Positions 28,977 to 40,462 of a DNA stretch of 64,000 nt are shown piece after piece. The number at the start of each line of letters is the position of its first letter. The first letter of the stretch is position 1. The notes under the pieces were generated by a model. It did not search any database and was not told where the DNA came from. It worked only from the letters and a program-made list of their open reading frames with translations. This stretch comes from Synechococcus sp. (GTDB lineage: Bacteria > Cyanobacteriota > Cyanobacteriia > Thermostichales > PCC-7336). Position numbers and translations under genes: made by a program. The stretch is from the NCBI GenBank assembly GCA_051439425.1, contig JBFRWD010000178.1, positions 1-64,000 of the forward strand, written 5' to 3'.

Positions 28977-31013
28977 TCAGTCCGATCGGTTCAGAAGCTC
29001 TTCCACGCTGCGATGGATTTGGTTCTCTAGCTCGTTAAGGACTCGATTTTCCAACGTGACATTCCTATTTCGAGAATTTCCATTCCGGTTCTGTCGGTTG
29101 GACTGAGCTCGGACTCGCCGGCTGTTGTCATCGTCATCGTCATCGTCACCATCATCATCGTCATCGTCGCGGTCTGCCCGAGCCCGCTCCTGAAAAACCT
29201 GCTGACGCCGTTGGGCCCGCTCAATATTCCGCTGGATTTGAACCCAGTCCTGTTGCCTTCGTTCAGCAGGCTCTGACACGGCTTGAGGTTGAGGTCGAGG
29301 TTGAGCTGCAGGGGGAGCCGAAACTGCTGCTGGAACCGCTTGTGGAGAGAGCGCTGTTTGAGGAGCTGTTTGAGGGGGCGCTGCTTGAGGGGGCGGTTGA
29401 AGACGAGCATTGGCCTGTTGCACAACACTGGCGGCTTGGGTTTGCCAGTGAGGGGATGTAATCTCTTCGGTGGCTGCGATCGCGCTGTCCCATTCACCCC
29501 GATCGAACGCCTGTTGTGCTTGCTGAAAGAGATTTTCATCCCTGCGCCATTCCCAACGCCAGTTGCGAATGGTTTGTTGGGCCTGGGGGCGGGTAGGACT
29601 GTAGTTTGGGATGGCATCGGCCATAGCAATCGCAGTATCGAGCTCCCCTTGGGTATATTGAGCCGTAGCTAATTCCAAAATGCGTTCGGACCACACTGGA
29701 ATACCGGCTTGGGCCGCCTCATAGGCGGGAACACCACGGGGAACTTGATAGGCTGTCGAGATCGCATCTTTCATGAAGCCCGCTTGAGCCTGTTGGTGAG
29801 CTTGAGCCAGTTGACAGTTGCCGACAATAGCTTGTGCCTCACTGTGTACGGGAGAGAACGGCGAAACATCTTGCGCCATCTCAATGCAAGACGTATAGTC
29901 CGCTGTCTGTTCGGCAGTCGTTAATGAAACTAGCTGAGAGCGGCCGCGAGCCTGAGATGCACGGGCCAGTTGGTGTAGTCCGCCAATCCCGAGCCCCAAA
30001 CACAAGCCCATCCCTACCAATTGGTGAGTTTTGCGGATAGTGCGGGCATTAGAAACCGTTGGTACCAGAGGTAGTAGACGCTTGAACGTTTGTGTCAGAT
30101 AAGTGGTCGCCGGTAGAACCAGAGGCGGCAGAACGGTGGACGGAATTGCTTGAGCTTGGCCGCCACCAACAGAGTCTTCGTTCGGATGATTATGGATCGT
30201 CGAATCATTCGCTGTTAAATCGGCCAAGACTTGCTCTGCAGTGGCGTAACGCAGTGCGTAATTAAGCTGGGTCATCCGTTCGAGGATGGTTTTGAGACGA
30301 TCGCTGATGTCGGGGCAGCGATGGCGCCAGTCTTCTGCTTGGGGATCTTGAATGGCATCGGGGGACAACCCCGTAAGAGCACAGATAGCCACCACCCCGA
30401 GAGAGAAAATATCGCTGCTGAAGCGTGGTCTGCCGCAGGTGCTTTCAGGGGCGAGATAGCCGGGGGTACCGATCGCGACGGTGATACTCATATCCTGACC
30501 CGCTTGCAATTGGGTCAGATGCACCTGTTTGACAGCACCAAAGTCCAGCAATACCCATTGACCATCAGGACGTCGAATCAAGTTACCAGGCTTGATATCA
30601 CGATGAATAGCCCCGCGCTTGTGAACGAAGCAGAGCAGTTGTAAAACATTATCGAGAAACTGAATGACCTCGGCTTCAGACCACCGCTGTCCGGTCTTGA
30701 GTTGGTCGAACAACAGGGTGCCATCGATATATTCCTGAATCAGGTAAAACTCACCTAATTCCTCGAAGTAGGCCAGCAGTTGGGGAATTTGGTCGTGAGT
30801 ACCCAATTGGTACAGGACTTCGGCTTCAGTGTTGAATAGTCGCCGTGCTAGCTGTAATTGGTCGGGCTCAATACTGGGAGGCTGCAGCCGCTTGACGACA
30901 CAGGTGGGCTGACCGGGAAGTTGGATATCGCAAGCTAAGTAAGTTTGGCTCATGCCTCCGGTGGCCAAAATGCTGGAAACCTTATACCTACCACCGAGCA
31001 ATTTACCAATCAT
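28977..31013 (-). CDS. Membrane Ser/Thr protein kinase with helical-repeat and low-complexity C-terminus
   Basis: CVVKRL, HRDIKPGN, DFG, GTPGYLAPE; TM near residue 335; Pro/Gln/Ala linker and poly-Asp tract. Confidence 0.93.
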   Translation of the reverse strand: MIGKLLGGRYKVSSILATGGMSQTYLACDIQLPGQPTCVVKRLQPPSIEPDQLQLARRLFNTEAEVLYQLGTHDQIPQLLAYFEELGEFYLIQEYIDGTLLFDQLKTGQRWSEAEVIQFLDNVLQLLCFVHKRGAIHRDIKPGNLIRRPDGQWVLLDFGAVKQVHLTQLQAGQDMSITVAIGTPGYLAPESTCGRPRFSSDIFSLGVVAICALTGLSPDAIQDPQAEDWRHRCPDISDRLKTILERMTQLNYALRYATAEQVLADLTANDSTIHNHPNEDSVGGGQAQAIPSTVLPPLVLPATTYLTQTFKRLLPLVPTVSNARTIRKTHQLVGMGLCLGLGIGGLHQLARASQARGRSQLVSLTTAEQTADYTSCIEMAQDVSPFSPVHSEAQAIVGNCQLAQAHQQAQAGFMKDAISTAYQVPRGVPAYEAAQAGIPVWSERILELATAQYTQGELDTAIAMADAIPNYSPTRPQAQQTIRNWRWEWRRDENLFQQAQQAFDRGEWDSAIAATEEITSPHWQTQAASVVQQANARLQPPPQAAPPQTAPQTALSPQAVPAAVSAPPAAQPRPQPQAVSEPAERRQQDWVQIQRNIERAQRRQQVFQERARADRDDDDDDGDDDDDDDNSRRVRAQSNRQNRNGNSRNRNVTLENRVLNELENQIHRSVEELLNRSD

Positions 31014-31319
31014 GTACCGTCATCCATGCCGCAACGCCGATGGCGATCGCCTCTCCATATCAAGCAGCAAGGTCGAGTTCGCCTCTGAAGCCCGACACAA
31101 TGCATGGATGAAACAGTGTTGGAACCGCCGCTAGGACTCAGCTACAACAAAAATTGAACTGTAGACCCTGTCGCCTGCACCCTACACGCGCGTGTGGTTA
31201 GGTTTCCAGGGGAAAACACGCAATTTCAGTCAGTGCTTTGCCTGCGATACGATCGGCCAACCGGTAGAGGCGAACCGAATGTCCCCCTTCGCAACCACCC
31301 AGCGCTTCACGAGATCCCC

Positions 31320-32597
31320 TCACACCACAGGGCCCGCTACTGAGATAACAGGATGGCGCAAATGTTCCCGAGCAGCCTTTAATATCGCCTCCACAGATAA
31401 TGCTTCGATCTCTTGGGGATAGGTACGATCTCTCTCGACCCCCAGACCTAACATTTCATACCAACCCATCAACTGGGCAACCTGAGCATTTGTTTGCTTT
31501 GACAGTGCGTACTGACCGATTATTTTGCGCTTGGCGAGGGTTAGTTCTCGCTCAGTCAGAGGTTGGTCTCGCACTCGCTCTACCTCTGCTTGCAGTCCGG
31601 CGATCGCTTGCTCTGTATTGCTGGGGGCCATCCCAATGTGGGCGATTAGTGGTGCTTCCCAACGCCGGGAACTGTAGGATGCAGAAACGTCGTAGGCCAA
31701 TCCTTGCTTTTCCCGCAATTGCGAAAATAAGCGACTGGATAATCCACCACCGAGATGCACGGTCAGTAGCTTGAGGGCAACCCAATCTTGTGAATAAATG
31801 GATGGCGCGCGATACCCCAAAATTGCAATAGTTTGTTGCGTATCTTGGAATGTATTGAGCCTGCGTTCTTCCTGCAATACCGGCAATTCTGGCTGAGGTG
31901 TGGGGACGTAGTCGAGCGTATTGGGGTTTGTCCAGTCACCAAAGTGACAACGCACTAAGTGCTCGATCTTATCGGCCGATATATTCCCACAAATGGCAAT
32001 GACTGTTGTGTCCGGTCGAATGTGAGAGTAGTGAAAGTTTGCAATATCATTGCGAGTCAGTATTGATACTGACTCAAGGGTTCCAGCCATCGACTCTGCA
32101 TAGGGATGAGCACCAAACAACGCTCTCCTGAGTGGAGTCATTGCAGCTGCAAACGGTCGTTCTTGCTGAGAACGAATCGCCTGCAAGGTGAGTTGGCGTT
32201 CCCGTTCCAATTCCCGATCGGGAAAACTTGGATACCGGATAATCTCGCTGGCTAAGTTCAACAGAGAGGGAAAGTCGGACGAGACTGATTTCAAAGCCAG
32301 TCCATCGTAATCAGTGGCGCATTCTGCCCCCAAAAGCGCCCCTATTGATTCCACTGACTCCGCGATGGTTTGCGCGCAATAGTTTCGGGTTCCCTTAGTA
32401 ACCAATGCAGATGTTAAATGGGCTAGACCCGCTTGTTCCACAGGGTTAGCAGATGCCCCTCCTTGCCAATAGAAGTGAGCTGCAACGGTGTCTACGTCTG
32501 TTTTCTCGATCGCCAACAGTCGAATGCCGTTCTCAAGCTGTACGTGATAAATGGGCGATTTCACAATGCAAATAAGACAGTGAAGATATAACGACAA
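31320..32597 (-). CDS. M16B peptidase, non-catalytic partner subunit
   Basis: GLAHLTSALVTKGT (degenerate HxxEH); SSRLFSQLREKQGLAY. Start uncertain. Confidence 0.88.
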   Translation of the reverse strand: MSLYLHCLICIVKSPIYHVQLENGIRLLAIEKTDVDTVAAHFYWQGGASANPVEQAGLAHLTSALVTKGTRNYCAQTIAESVESIGALLGAECATDYDGLALKSVSSDFPSLLNLASEIIRYPSFPDRELERERQLTLQAIRSQQERPFAAAMTPLRRALFGAHPYAESMAGTLESVSILTRNDIANFHYSHIRPDTTVIAICGNISADKIEHLVRCHFGDWTNPNTLDYVPTPQPELPVLQEERRLNTFQDTQQTIAILGYRAPSIYSQDWVALKLLTVHLGGGLSSRLFSQLREKQGLAYDVSASYSSRRWEAPLIAHIGMAPSNTEQAIAGLQAEVERVRDQPLTERELTLAKRKIIGQYALSKQTNAQVAQLMGWYEMLGLGVERDRTYPQEIEALSVEAILKAAREHLRHPVISVAGPVV

Positions 32598-32652
32598 AAA
32601 GTTCAGTGAGCCAACTTAGAGTTGACGCCAGACAGTCTTCCAAACACCCTGC

Positions 32653-34002
32653 TCACGAGTTGTTGTCGGGCTTTAGGATCGCAACAACGAAGCGATCCAG
32701 AGGTAAATATTGACGAGCTAACTGCTGCAAATGCTCAGCAGATAGAGTTTGAATCGCATTCAAGTAACGATCTGCAAGCTCCAACCCACCGCACAGATGA
32801 TAGAAGCCGTACATGCGAGCAAGCTGATTGGGGGACTCGGTGGCAAAGATAAACTCATTCGTTAACATGCGCCGTATACGACTCAGCTCGGTATCGGTTA
32901 GCAGTTCATCGTGCAATCGCTGAATTTCAGTTAAGACCGATGTTTCGACTCGTTCGAGATTGTTGGCATCCAAATATGCACTGACAGAGAACAAACCGGG
33001 AGCAATATAAACAGCCGATGATGCGCCAATGTCTTGAACTAGGCCATGTTGTTCGCGGAGTGTACTAACCAATCGTGACGATCTTCCATCTCCCAACACT
33101 GATGCCAACAGGTCGAGACCACAGGCAACATCCCATTCTTGAATGGATGCGCCCTCCCATGCCCATGTCACTCGAGTCTGCTGAATTCTCGGTCGAGATT
33201 GCTCTACCCGCTCAATACCGGTTTGTGGTTGGGCGAAGGATGGTGGTGTCTGCGATCCCTCCGATAGAAGCCCAGGGGAACCGGCTGAACTATCCCGAAT
33301 ACCGGGACTGGACCAAGAGATTGGCGGAGTGGAGGGAGCTGTTAAATGACCAAAGTGAGTCTCCACTAATTGCTGAGCAGATTCCTGCTGGAACTTACCC
33401 ACCAAGACTACAACAATGCGATCGGGGCGATAGTTGCACCGATGGTAATCCCTTACGGTCTCTGGGGTGAATCCCATTAGGCTGGCTTCTGTGCCCAGAA
33501 CGGGGCGGGAGTAAGGACGATCTCGATAGGCTGTTTGGGCAAGCAGGTGATAAGCACAATAGTCTGGATTATCGTAAGACCGTCTGATTTCTTCCAGAAC
33601 AACGTTACGCTCTATATGAAACTCGTCGTCCGGAATGGAAGCTTGGGTGACAGCCTCTGCCAGGTACCCAAAGGAATCAGATAAATCATCAGCCGAAACG
33701 GTGACGTAGAAGTGAGTGTAGTCCTGACTTGTAACAGCATTTGCTACACCACCCCGACTTTCAATAGCAAAATCCAGTTCACCGGGTTTGATGCGATCTG
33801 TTCCCTTGAACACCATATGTTCGAGAAAATGCGATACTCCAAGCAGCTCAGGTGGCTCTACCCGTCCCCCTGTTTCAACCCAAATATCGACTGTTACTGT
33901 TTCCACTGCTGCCATCGGACGGAAGATCGCAGTCAGACCGTTCGTTAACCGTTGTACTTTTGCCGCTGATGCAAACGAGATGGATGACTTAGTAGAAGTC
34001 AA
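32653..34002 (-). CDS. M16B zinc peptidase, catalytic subunit
   Basis: SHFLEHMVFKGT (HxxEH), ERNVVLEEI, SSRLVSTLRE. Confidence 0.92.
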   Translation of the reverse strand: MTSTKSSISFASAAKVQRLTNGLTAIFRPMAAVETVTVDIWVETGGRVEPPELLGVSHFLEHMVFKGTDRIKPGELDFAIESRGGVANAVTSQDYTHFYVTVSADDLSDSFGYLAEAVTQASIPDDEFHIERNVVLEEIRRSYDNPDYCAYHLLAQTAYRDRPYSRPVLGTEASLMGFTPETVRDYHRCNYRPDRIVVVLVGKFQQESAQQLVETHFGHLTAPSTPPISWSSPGIRDSSAGSPGLLSEGSQTPPSFAQPQTGIERVEQSRPRIQQTRVTWAWEGASIQEWDVACGLDLLASVLGDGRSSRLVSTLREQHGLVQDIGASSAVYIAPGLFSVSAYLDANNLERVETSVLTEIQRLHDELLTDTELSRIRRMLTNEFIFATESPNQLARMYGFYHLCGGLELADRYLNAIQTLSAEHLQQLARQYLPLDRFVVAILKPDNNS

Positions 34003-34327
34003 AAGAGAAACTCAGTAATTGTGCGAGGTTCCATTCGGCTATGCTCTCACTTCAGCTCGATTTCGGACATTTTTTTTAACTTTTGCTACCGATATGGGCT
34101 GATCCAGGAGACAAGAGCCTGTGAATCGATCTCGATGTGCGTTGGTACACCCAACCTGAATACTATAGATATTGGGAAGGGAAGAAGTAACCATATGTAG
34201 AGGGTCAAGTCGCAATGCGAACTGCTCGAATCTGGTTCAGTAGGTCATAAAGGCCAGAGCCTTTCTAAACTACAGCTAGCCTGACGAACTCACCTTAGCA
34301 ACCATGCTCATGGATGCTCGTTAAAGC

Positions 34328-34660
34328 TTATACCTCTACAACTGCGGACTCAACGACCATATTCTCTTTGAGCAAATTAGCTAGCTCTTGCAGTTGCTCG
34401 ATCGCCTCTCCACCTTCTAGCTTCATGAGTTCGCGATCGTCACGCATCTCAGTCCAACTGGTGGCACATTCAGACACCAAAAAGCGAACCAGGTGACCCT
34501 CCTGCAAACTCACCATGAAAGATGCGCTCTCAAAGTCATCTCCGCAGGTATAGCAAGAAGCAATGTAGCCCCGTCGTTCCAGAACGATTGCCAGAGCCTG
34601 CAAGTTTAAAATCAAGTCGCGCACGAAGTCACGGTGCTGCTGAGCAAGTCTGCTAAACAT
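34328..34660 (-). CDS. DUF1815-family cyanobacterial protein
   Basis: MFSRLAQQHRDFVRDL..LQALA.VLERRGY.ASCYTCG..SASFMVSL; GGAGAGG RBS before ATG 34660. Confidence 0.8.
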   Translation of the reverse strand: MFSRLAQQHRDFVRDLILNLQALAIVLERRGYIASCYTCGDDFESASFMVSLQEGHLVRFLVSECATSWTEMRDDRELMKLEGGEAIEQLQELANLLKENMVVESAVVEV

Positions 34661-35252
34661 TCCACCTCTCCAAGGGTCATGTGGATAGAACTGCAAATGC
34701 AAAGAAAGAAAATCAGAGAGTAGTGATTTCTACCCATCATAGCAATATTTAAGATATGTAAAGAGGCGAGATGAGTAAGTAAGTGTGGACAACCTCAGGT
34801 AGATTAAGGCACTAATATATGCAAGCAATTCATATTGAACTGTTCGTAGAGAACAAGGACGAGGCTACGTTCCAGAGATCCTAAATTCCGTAACATTTCC
34901 GGCTTGCCAACGATCGAGGATTCCCAAACCTTCCCTCTTATTGGGCTCTAGCGAACGACCGCGCTCAGAAAAAAACTGCAGGTCAAAGGAGAGCGGGCTT
35001 GTATCCCTGTGTCTTGTGGCCCAATCTCAATTCTCAAAAGCTGTTGTAGAGGGCCCGCTCGCTGCTTAATTGAATGCGTACGATTCTTGCCCAAAGAAAA
35101 GTACGTAAATATACAGGCGGGGCAGAGAGAGCAAGAATGCCAAAGCTGCGTCGATCGTCGACAGAATGGGGAAAACTTCTGGTGTGGAGGTCGTCCCCAC
35201 CACCAATGCAACCCGCTTCGGTTGCTATTTTCCCGCAAGGAGACTTAAGAGG

Positions 35253-35978
35253 TTGAGTGTTTGCACGGTTGCCAATTTGTTGGAAAGCTACGTTTCAGGC
35301 GAGCGAGACTTTCGCGGCATCGACTTAAGTGATGTCGATCTATCCAGAGCAGATTTATCGGGAGCCCGACTGGACGGTGCTAATTTGCAGGGCGCAGATC
35401 TCAGTCGCACGAATTTAGCAAACGCCAGTTTAGTTCAGGCCAACCTCTCAACCGCAACTCTCAACGGTACCGACCTGACGGCAGCAAATCTGAGTTACGC
35501 CAATTTGTTTGGTGTAAGCCTGAGTGGAGCAGAGCTTTTAGGGGCAAATTTTCACGCTGCGAATCTAAAGGGTGTGGCCTTGTGGGGGGCAAATCTTGGT
35601 GATGCCAATCTATCTGAAGCTCGATTAGATGGAGCCGATCTGAAAGGGACAACATTGGGGCGGGCGGATTTACGTCGCGCCATTTTGAAGAATGCTGACC
35701 TCAGCCGTGCCAATCTGCGAGGCGCAAACTTGTTTGAGACGGACTTATCCAATGCTCTATTGGAACGGGCCGATTTGAGAGGGGCCATCTTGGTAATGGT
35801 GAGTTTGAGTGGAGCGAATCTCAGCCGAGCGGATTTACGAGAAGCCATCCTGGAGCAAGATTGCGAGCTGTTTACGGATTTGAAGACCGTCAATTTAGTA
35901 GAAGCGGTCTATAACTGCGATACTCGGTTCAATGTAAGCTTCGATCCCGAATCCGCTGGAATGCGTTGCGTAGCCTGA
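35253..35978 (+). CDS. Pentapeptide repeat protein
   Basis: LLESYVSGERDFRGIDL N-terminus, ADL/ANL repeats, AVYNCDTRF..FDP..GM C-terminus. TTG start after AAGAGG (approximate). Confidence 0.9.
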   Translation: MSVCTVANLLESYVSGERDFRGIDLSDVDLSRADLSGARLDGANLQGADLSRTNLANASLVQANLSTATLNGTDLTAANLSYANLFGVSLSGAELLGANFHAANLKGVALWGANLGDANLSEARLDGADLKGTTLGRADLRRAILKNADLSRANLRGANLFETDLSNALLERADLRGAILVMVSLSGANLSRADLREAILEQDCELFTDLKTVNLVEAVYNCDTRFNVSFDPESAGMRCVA

Positions 35979-36069
35979 ACCGGTATTCAGTCTTTCTTAT
36001 GCTCCATACCTTCAAAAGATAGGACTACCCAATCCATTACGCGCAGTGCTCCGTAAGAAGGGCTATATC

Positions 36070-36173
36070 TATAGCATTCGGCAATCCGCTATGGAGACGG
36101 TCCGAACCACTCTCCTGGTGAATAAAGGCTTTCAGATGTCTCCACCCTCCAGAACTTACAGCGGACTGCTGTA
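36070..36173 (+). repeat. MITE-like family B copy
   Basis: GGCAATCCGCTATGGAG ... CTTACAGCGGACTGCTGTA imperfect inverted ends; colinear with 44842-44943. Confidence 0.7.
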
Positions 36174-36262
36174 TTAAATCGGGGCATCAACGGGGGCTAT
36201 CTAACTCTGGCTTTCAACAAGCTATAAGGACAACCCTGTTGGCTAAGAGCATTCTCAAAATA

Positions 36263-37147
36263 CTATCGTTCCAACAATGTTTTGACCGCTAGTTCGGGCG
36301 CATCAGTTTTAACGAGAGACTCACCAACCAAGCAGGCACGCACCCCTTGTTGACCCAAAAATTGCAGATCGCTAGGGGTGTGAATTCCCGATTCGCCAAC
36401 AATAACAATGCTGCGCTCGCGCAGAACATCACCACGGGCCGCCAAAATATCGGCTGTTGTCTTCAAGTCGACGGTGAAATCAGTCAGGTTGCGATTATTG
36501 ATCCCGATGAACTGAACATCATCCAGTTGCAAGACCCGATCGAGTTCTTCTAGGGTATGAACCTCGATTAAGGCAGCCATACCCAACTGACGTAAAATCT
36601 TGAGGTAGTAGGTAAGGTCGGCATTCGTGAGAATTTTGGCGATTAACAACGCTGCATCTGCCCCCAGCGATCGCGCCCAGAAAATCTGGTAGGGAGAAAT
36701 CACGAACTCTTTGCATAGAATGGGGAGCTCGACTGCAGAGCGAATCTGTTGCAAATACTCTCCACTGCCCTGGAAGAATTTTTTATCGGTGAGTACCGAA
36801 ATGCAGGCTGCCCCCCCTCGTTCGTAGGCTTGGGCAATAGCGACAGGATCGAATTTTTCGCAAATCACCCCTTTGCTGGGCGAGGCTTTTTTGACCTCGG
36901 CAATCAGCGACACGGCCTCACTCGACTGAGCGAGAGCCCCAACAAAATCTCGCACCGGAGGAGCTGATGCTAACTTCTGGCGTAGTTTGACCAGCGGTAC
37001 CCGCTCGCGCATGCGATCGACTTCAATATTCTTATGCCAGACGATCTCTTCTAAGATATGTCGCGGTTCTGTTTCGGGTGTCTTCACCTGATAAGTCAAT
37101 GTATCTACTTTGACAGGGGGAGTGGGGGCGTGGCGACGAATATCCAT
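36263..37147 (-). CDS. trpC: Indole-3-glycerol phosphate synthase
   Basis: [42 protein letters not shown]. Confidence 0.97.
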   Translation of the reverse strand: MDIRRHAPTPPVKVDTLTYQVKTPETEPRHILEEIVWHKNIEVDRMRERVPLVKLRQKLASAPPVRDFVGALAQSSEAVSLIAEVKKASPSKGVICEKFDPVAIAQAYERGGAACISVLTDKKFFQGSGEYLQQIRSAVELPILCKEFVISPYQIFWARSLGADAALLIAKILTNADLTYYLKILRQLGMAALIEVHTLEELDRVLQLDDVQFIGINNRNLTDFTVDLKTTADILAARGDVLRERSIVIVGESGIHTPSDLQFLGQQGVRACLVGESLVKTDAPELAVKTLLER

Positions 37148-37451
37148 GGGAGAGCGATTAACCGAACTTCAAGTAATGGACGAGTGGCGGAAGCAGAATC
37201 CGAGCATTCGTAGAAGGTAGCTGCTAACTGGAGAACGCTACCTTAGTTATGCAGCCTAGCAGGGAGCCGAGCTAGTTTCAGAAGAAATACCCAAATTAGA
37301 GAGGTAGCCCTTTGTTCTGCTTCTACAGCATAGAGCGCTCAAGTTCTTGTCTTACAACTGATTCCCCGCCTCCATCCACTCCTGTTGCTGTGACCATCGA
37401 ATGTGTTGAAGGCTATTACCCGATCGACATGTCTTTGGAGCAATATCGAGC

Positions 37452-38399
37452 GTGACACATTCTCCTCGCATTCTGGCAATTGGCAGTCTCAATATGGATG
37501 TAGTCGTGCAGGTCGATCGCCATCCTCTACCTGGCGAGACGGTAATGGGGAGTCCGTACCAAACCTTCTCTGGAGGAAAGGGGGGTAACCAGGCGGTGGC
37601 TGCGGCGCGGGCAGGCGGCGACACAAATTTTGTTGGATGCATTGGCCGGGATGGATTTGGCTCGCAATTACTTAAGAGCTTGCAAGATGCTGGGGTTCGA
37701 GTGAATGGGGTCGCTCGGGTGGATGGGCCAAGTGGAATTGCACTCATTGTGGTGGATGAGCGCGGCCAGAACAGTATTGTGGTCAGTCCGGGGGCAAACT
37801 CGCGGCTGCAGCCCGAGCAATTGCTAAAGTCAGAGGCTGTGCGTTCCGCAATGGTAGAGGCTGACATGCTGTTGCTTCAGCTAGAGATCCCGCTCGCTAC
37901 CGTCGAAGAGGCGATCGCCCAAGCGGCCACCCACAATATTCCAGTCCTTCTCAATCCTGCTCCTGCTCAAACACTTTCCCCTGACACCCTATCTAAGGTG
38001 ACCTATTTGGTTGTGAATGAGAGCGAAGCGGCGCTGCTAACCGGGCGAGCCGCCGATGCCATTGTTGATGGATCTACTGCTGTAGAAGCCGCACAAGAAC
38101 TAGTCACCGCGGGAGTGCAAACAGCCATCGTGACGTTGGGGGAACAAGGGGTTGTGTGGTGCGATCGCCATTCGACGGGACATATTCCGGCTCTCCCTGT
38201 TGGTGTGGTGGATACAACGGCTGCCGGCGATGCGTTTTGCGGAGCCTTAGCTGTCAAGCTGGGGCAAGGGGCTGAATTGCGAGAAGCGATCGCATTCGCT
38301 AATGCTGCTGGAGCCATAGCAGTGACAAGAATGGGGGCTCAGACAAGCTTGGGAGATCGTAACGCGATCGAAACCCTATTGAATCAATTTGCTAGCTAG
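37452..38399 (+). CDS. rbsK: Ribokinase
   Basis: GSLNMD, GGKGGNQAVAAAR, LQLEIP, NPAPA, NESEA, DTTAAGDAFCG. Confidence 0.93.
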   Translation: MTHSPRILAIGSLNMDVVVQVDRHPLPGETVMGSPYQTFSGGKGGNQAVAAARAGGDTNFVGCIGRDGFGSQLLKSLQDAGVRVNGVARVDGPSGIALIVVDERGQNSIVVSPGANSRLQPEQLLKSEAVRSAMVEADMLLLQLEIPLATVEEAIAQAATHNIPVLLNPAPAQTLSPDTLSKVTYLVVNESEAALLTGRAADAIVDGSTAVEAAQELVTAGVQTAIVTLGEQGVVWCDRHSTGHIPALPVGVVDTTAAGDAFCGALAVKLGQGAELREAIAFANAAGAIAVTRMGAQTSLGDRNAIETLLNQFAS

Positions 38400-38550
38400 G
38401 AGGCTGCGATGCAGCGGGTCTTCTGAGGATTGGGGGTATGGAGGTCCCCAGCTTACCTACTACTAACAGTTGGCATCCGAGCGATGGCTCGCCTCTGTTG
38501 ACCATGAATGAAGGAATCCTAAAAGTTTTCGTGCTCTTCCGACAACGGAC

Positions 38551-39081
38551 TCAGACGACAGCCAGTATGTCATGCAGCTTGGTTGGAATTGATTCCCATC
38601 GAAGTTGGCGGCGGAGGGGAGACATCGTAATAGTCGGGTTGCGTTCGCTTGACAGGTAAATTTTAGGGGTCGGTTCTGGTTGCGAGCCCAAGCTGGTTGC
38701 CGAACGGTATGCCTTGGCCGGACTATCTTTGCCGGTCGAACTCAGTTCGGTCAGTTCAAATGATTCGAATGCATAACTGCGTAATGGAGCTGTAGTGGCA
38801 CTGCCTTGCTCGAGCCCTGATTGCAGGCGATCGACCCCGTCAGGCCATACCTTACGACCAAAATCCAACCCAAACCCCATACAGGGAGTACCGCGACTCT
38901 GCCACATCACTAATAATTGCTGAACCGAGACCGCCTTATAGCGACCCCTATAGAGGGCTTCAACCAATGCCGATGCCACCCAAGATTGTGGAAACGACCG
39001 TTTCCATTCCGCAAGCCAATCTTGTGGCGATCGCCCGCCCAGATCGAAGCCGTACTGACAGAGGAAAGCGGTAGCATCCAT
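38551..39081 (-). CDS. Conserved cyanobacterial hypothetical protein
   Basis: YGFDLGG..W..ALVEALYRGRYKAVSVQQLL..WQSRG; ATG 39081 preferred. Confidence 0.75.
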   Translation of the reverse strand: MDATAFLCQYGFDLGGRSPQDWLAEWKRSFPQSWVASALVEALYRGRYKAVSVQQLLVMWQSRGTPCMGFGLDFGRKVWPDGVDRLQSGLEQGSATTAPLRSYAFESFELTELSSTGKDSPAKAYRSATSLGSQPEPTPKIYLSSERNPTITMSPLRRQLRWESIPTKLHDILAVV

Positions 39082-39310
39082 TGCTAAGTCCCCGACACAC
39101 TTAAAAGAATTCTGAGCGCAGGAAAACCTAAATAGTAACAATAGAGCAGGTTGTCCCCAACCCAAGGAATTATTCCGATTGTTTAACGTTTCGATCGTGT
39201 ACGGGATCGATGCGTGGCAGCTCATATGGCATCTAAGGCCTAATTTGCAGGTTCAGAGCAGCTTGCGCACTCTCTGACAACCGGTTTATCAACCTGAGTT
39301 CGATAGCCTT

Positions 39311-39350
39311 CCCCCCCTCAGTCCCTCCCACGGTGGGAGAGGGGAGCAAG
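39311..39350. repeat. GC-rich palindromic small dispersed repeat-like element
   Basis: CCCCCCCTCAGTCCCTCCCACGGTGGGAGAGGGGAGC with CTCCCAC/GTGGGAG stem; single copy in this window. Confidence 0.35.
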
Positions 39351-39503
39351 AGGCTTCAGACCTTTATCGGATCTCGTTGTACAGCAAGGGAATTATTCAA
39401 CTCAAATCGCTCTGTCAACTGACGTTTATCAATGAGAGTGCTCTCAATTCCCCCATTCCGGAGTTGAAGCTTTTAAGCTTAAAGGTACGTTTGAGCTGTC
39501 GTT

Positions 39504-40229
39504 GTGACCAGACCCCTTTCTTCCCAAGATTCAGATACCCGTGATGACCGCCTAGACACAGGTGACATTCAGAATTTAACTGTTCCTGGAGATCGCGCCA
39601 TCAAAAAACAGGCATTGCGCCTGGTGGAGATTGCGTTTTTATCTAGCGCCGCTGCATTGGCTTGGGTGGTCACCATTTACCTCAACCCCACATTGCCACT
39701 GTTGAGGTTGTTTTTTCCGTTACCGGTGGCGATCTCGATTTTGAGATGGGATTGGCGTACGGGCCGAATGGCACTGGCTGTCTCTACGTTGTTGTTAACC
39801 GTTCTGATCGGCCCAACCCGCAGTGTCGTGTATCTTATGCCCTACGGCCTGCTGGGATTTCTCTGCGGATATTTGTGGCAGAAACGCTACTCGTGGTACT
39901 GGTCGGTTCTATTTGGTTCGCTGCTCAGTACGTTAGGACTTATCTTTCAACTCGCTTTATCGTCTGTGCTCGTCGGCGAAAATCTGTGGGCATTTGTCAC
40001 GCTGCAATTAGCCGGTGTCACCAATTGGCTGCTGGACGTAACGCTAGGTCGGTTCGGAATTCATGTAGCAGCGTCTACTCTAACGATCCAAATGGGGATC
40101 GTGGTTCTCGTACTGATGAACTCATTGGTGTACGTATTCACAATGCATTTGGTTGCAGCATTAGTTATGGAGAAGTTAGACAACCCTCTACCACCGCCAC
40201 CGAAGTGGGTGCAAGTCTTGTTGGCCTGA
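39504..40229 (+). CDS. DUF2232-like membrane protein
   Basis: LVEIAFLSS, LFFPLPVA, GPTRS..YLMPYGLLG, C-terminal PPPPKWVQ. Confidence 0.8.
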   Translation: MTRPLSSQDSDTRDDRLDTGDIQNLTVPGDRAIKKQALRLVEIAFLSSAAALAWVVTIYLNPTLPLLRLFFPLPVAISILRWDWRTGRMALAVSTLLLTVLIGPTRSVVYLMPYGLLGFLCGYLWQKRYSWYWSVLFGSLLSTLGLIFQLALSSVLVGENLWAFVTLQLAGVTNWLLDVTLGRFGIHVAASTLTIQMGIVVLVLMNSLVYVFTMHLVAALVMEKLDNPLPPPPKWVQVLLA

Positions 40230-40462
40230 GAATGGTTCGTTCGCAGCGAACGCACGGTACGTAGGCCAAGCCACGGATACGACCAACCTCATTCAACGCT
40301 CCCTCAGGCATGCGATCGACTCACTTCAACCCATTGGAACAGACGTTTTCACCTTGTGGTTGATTACTTCTGAAGGATGTCTGCTTCACCGTTCGCTTTA
40401 GACCACAAACGAAACTCGTTATATTAGCAATTGAAACAGTCTGTTACATATGGCCAGCAATA

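Noticed and set aside
34948..35256. Several short Cys-rich overlapping ORFs
   Set aside because: Mutually overlapping, no coherent motif, no adjacent modification enzymes.
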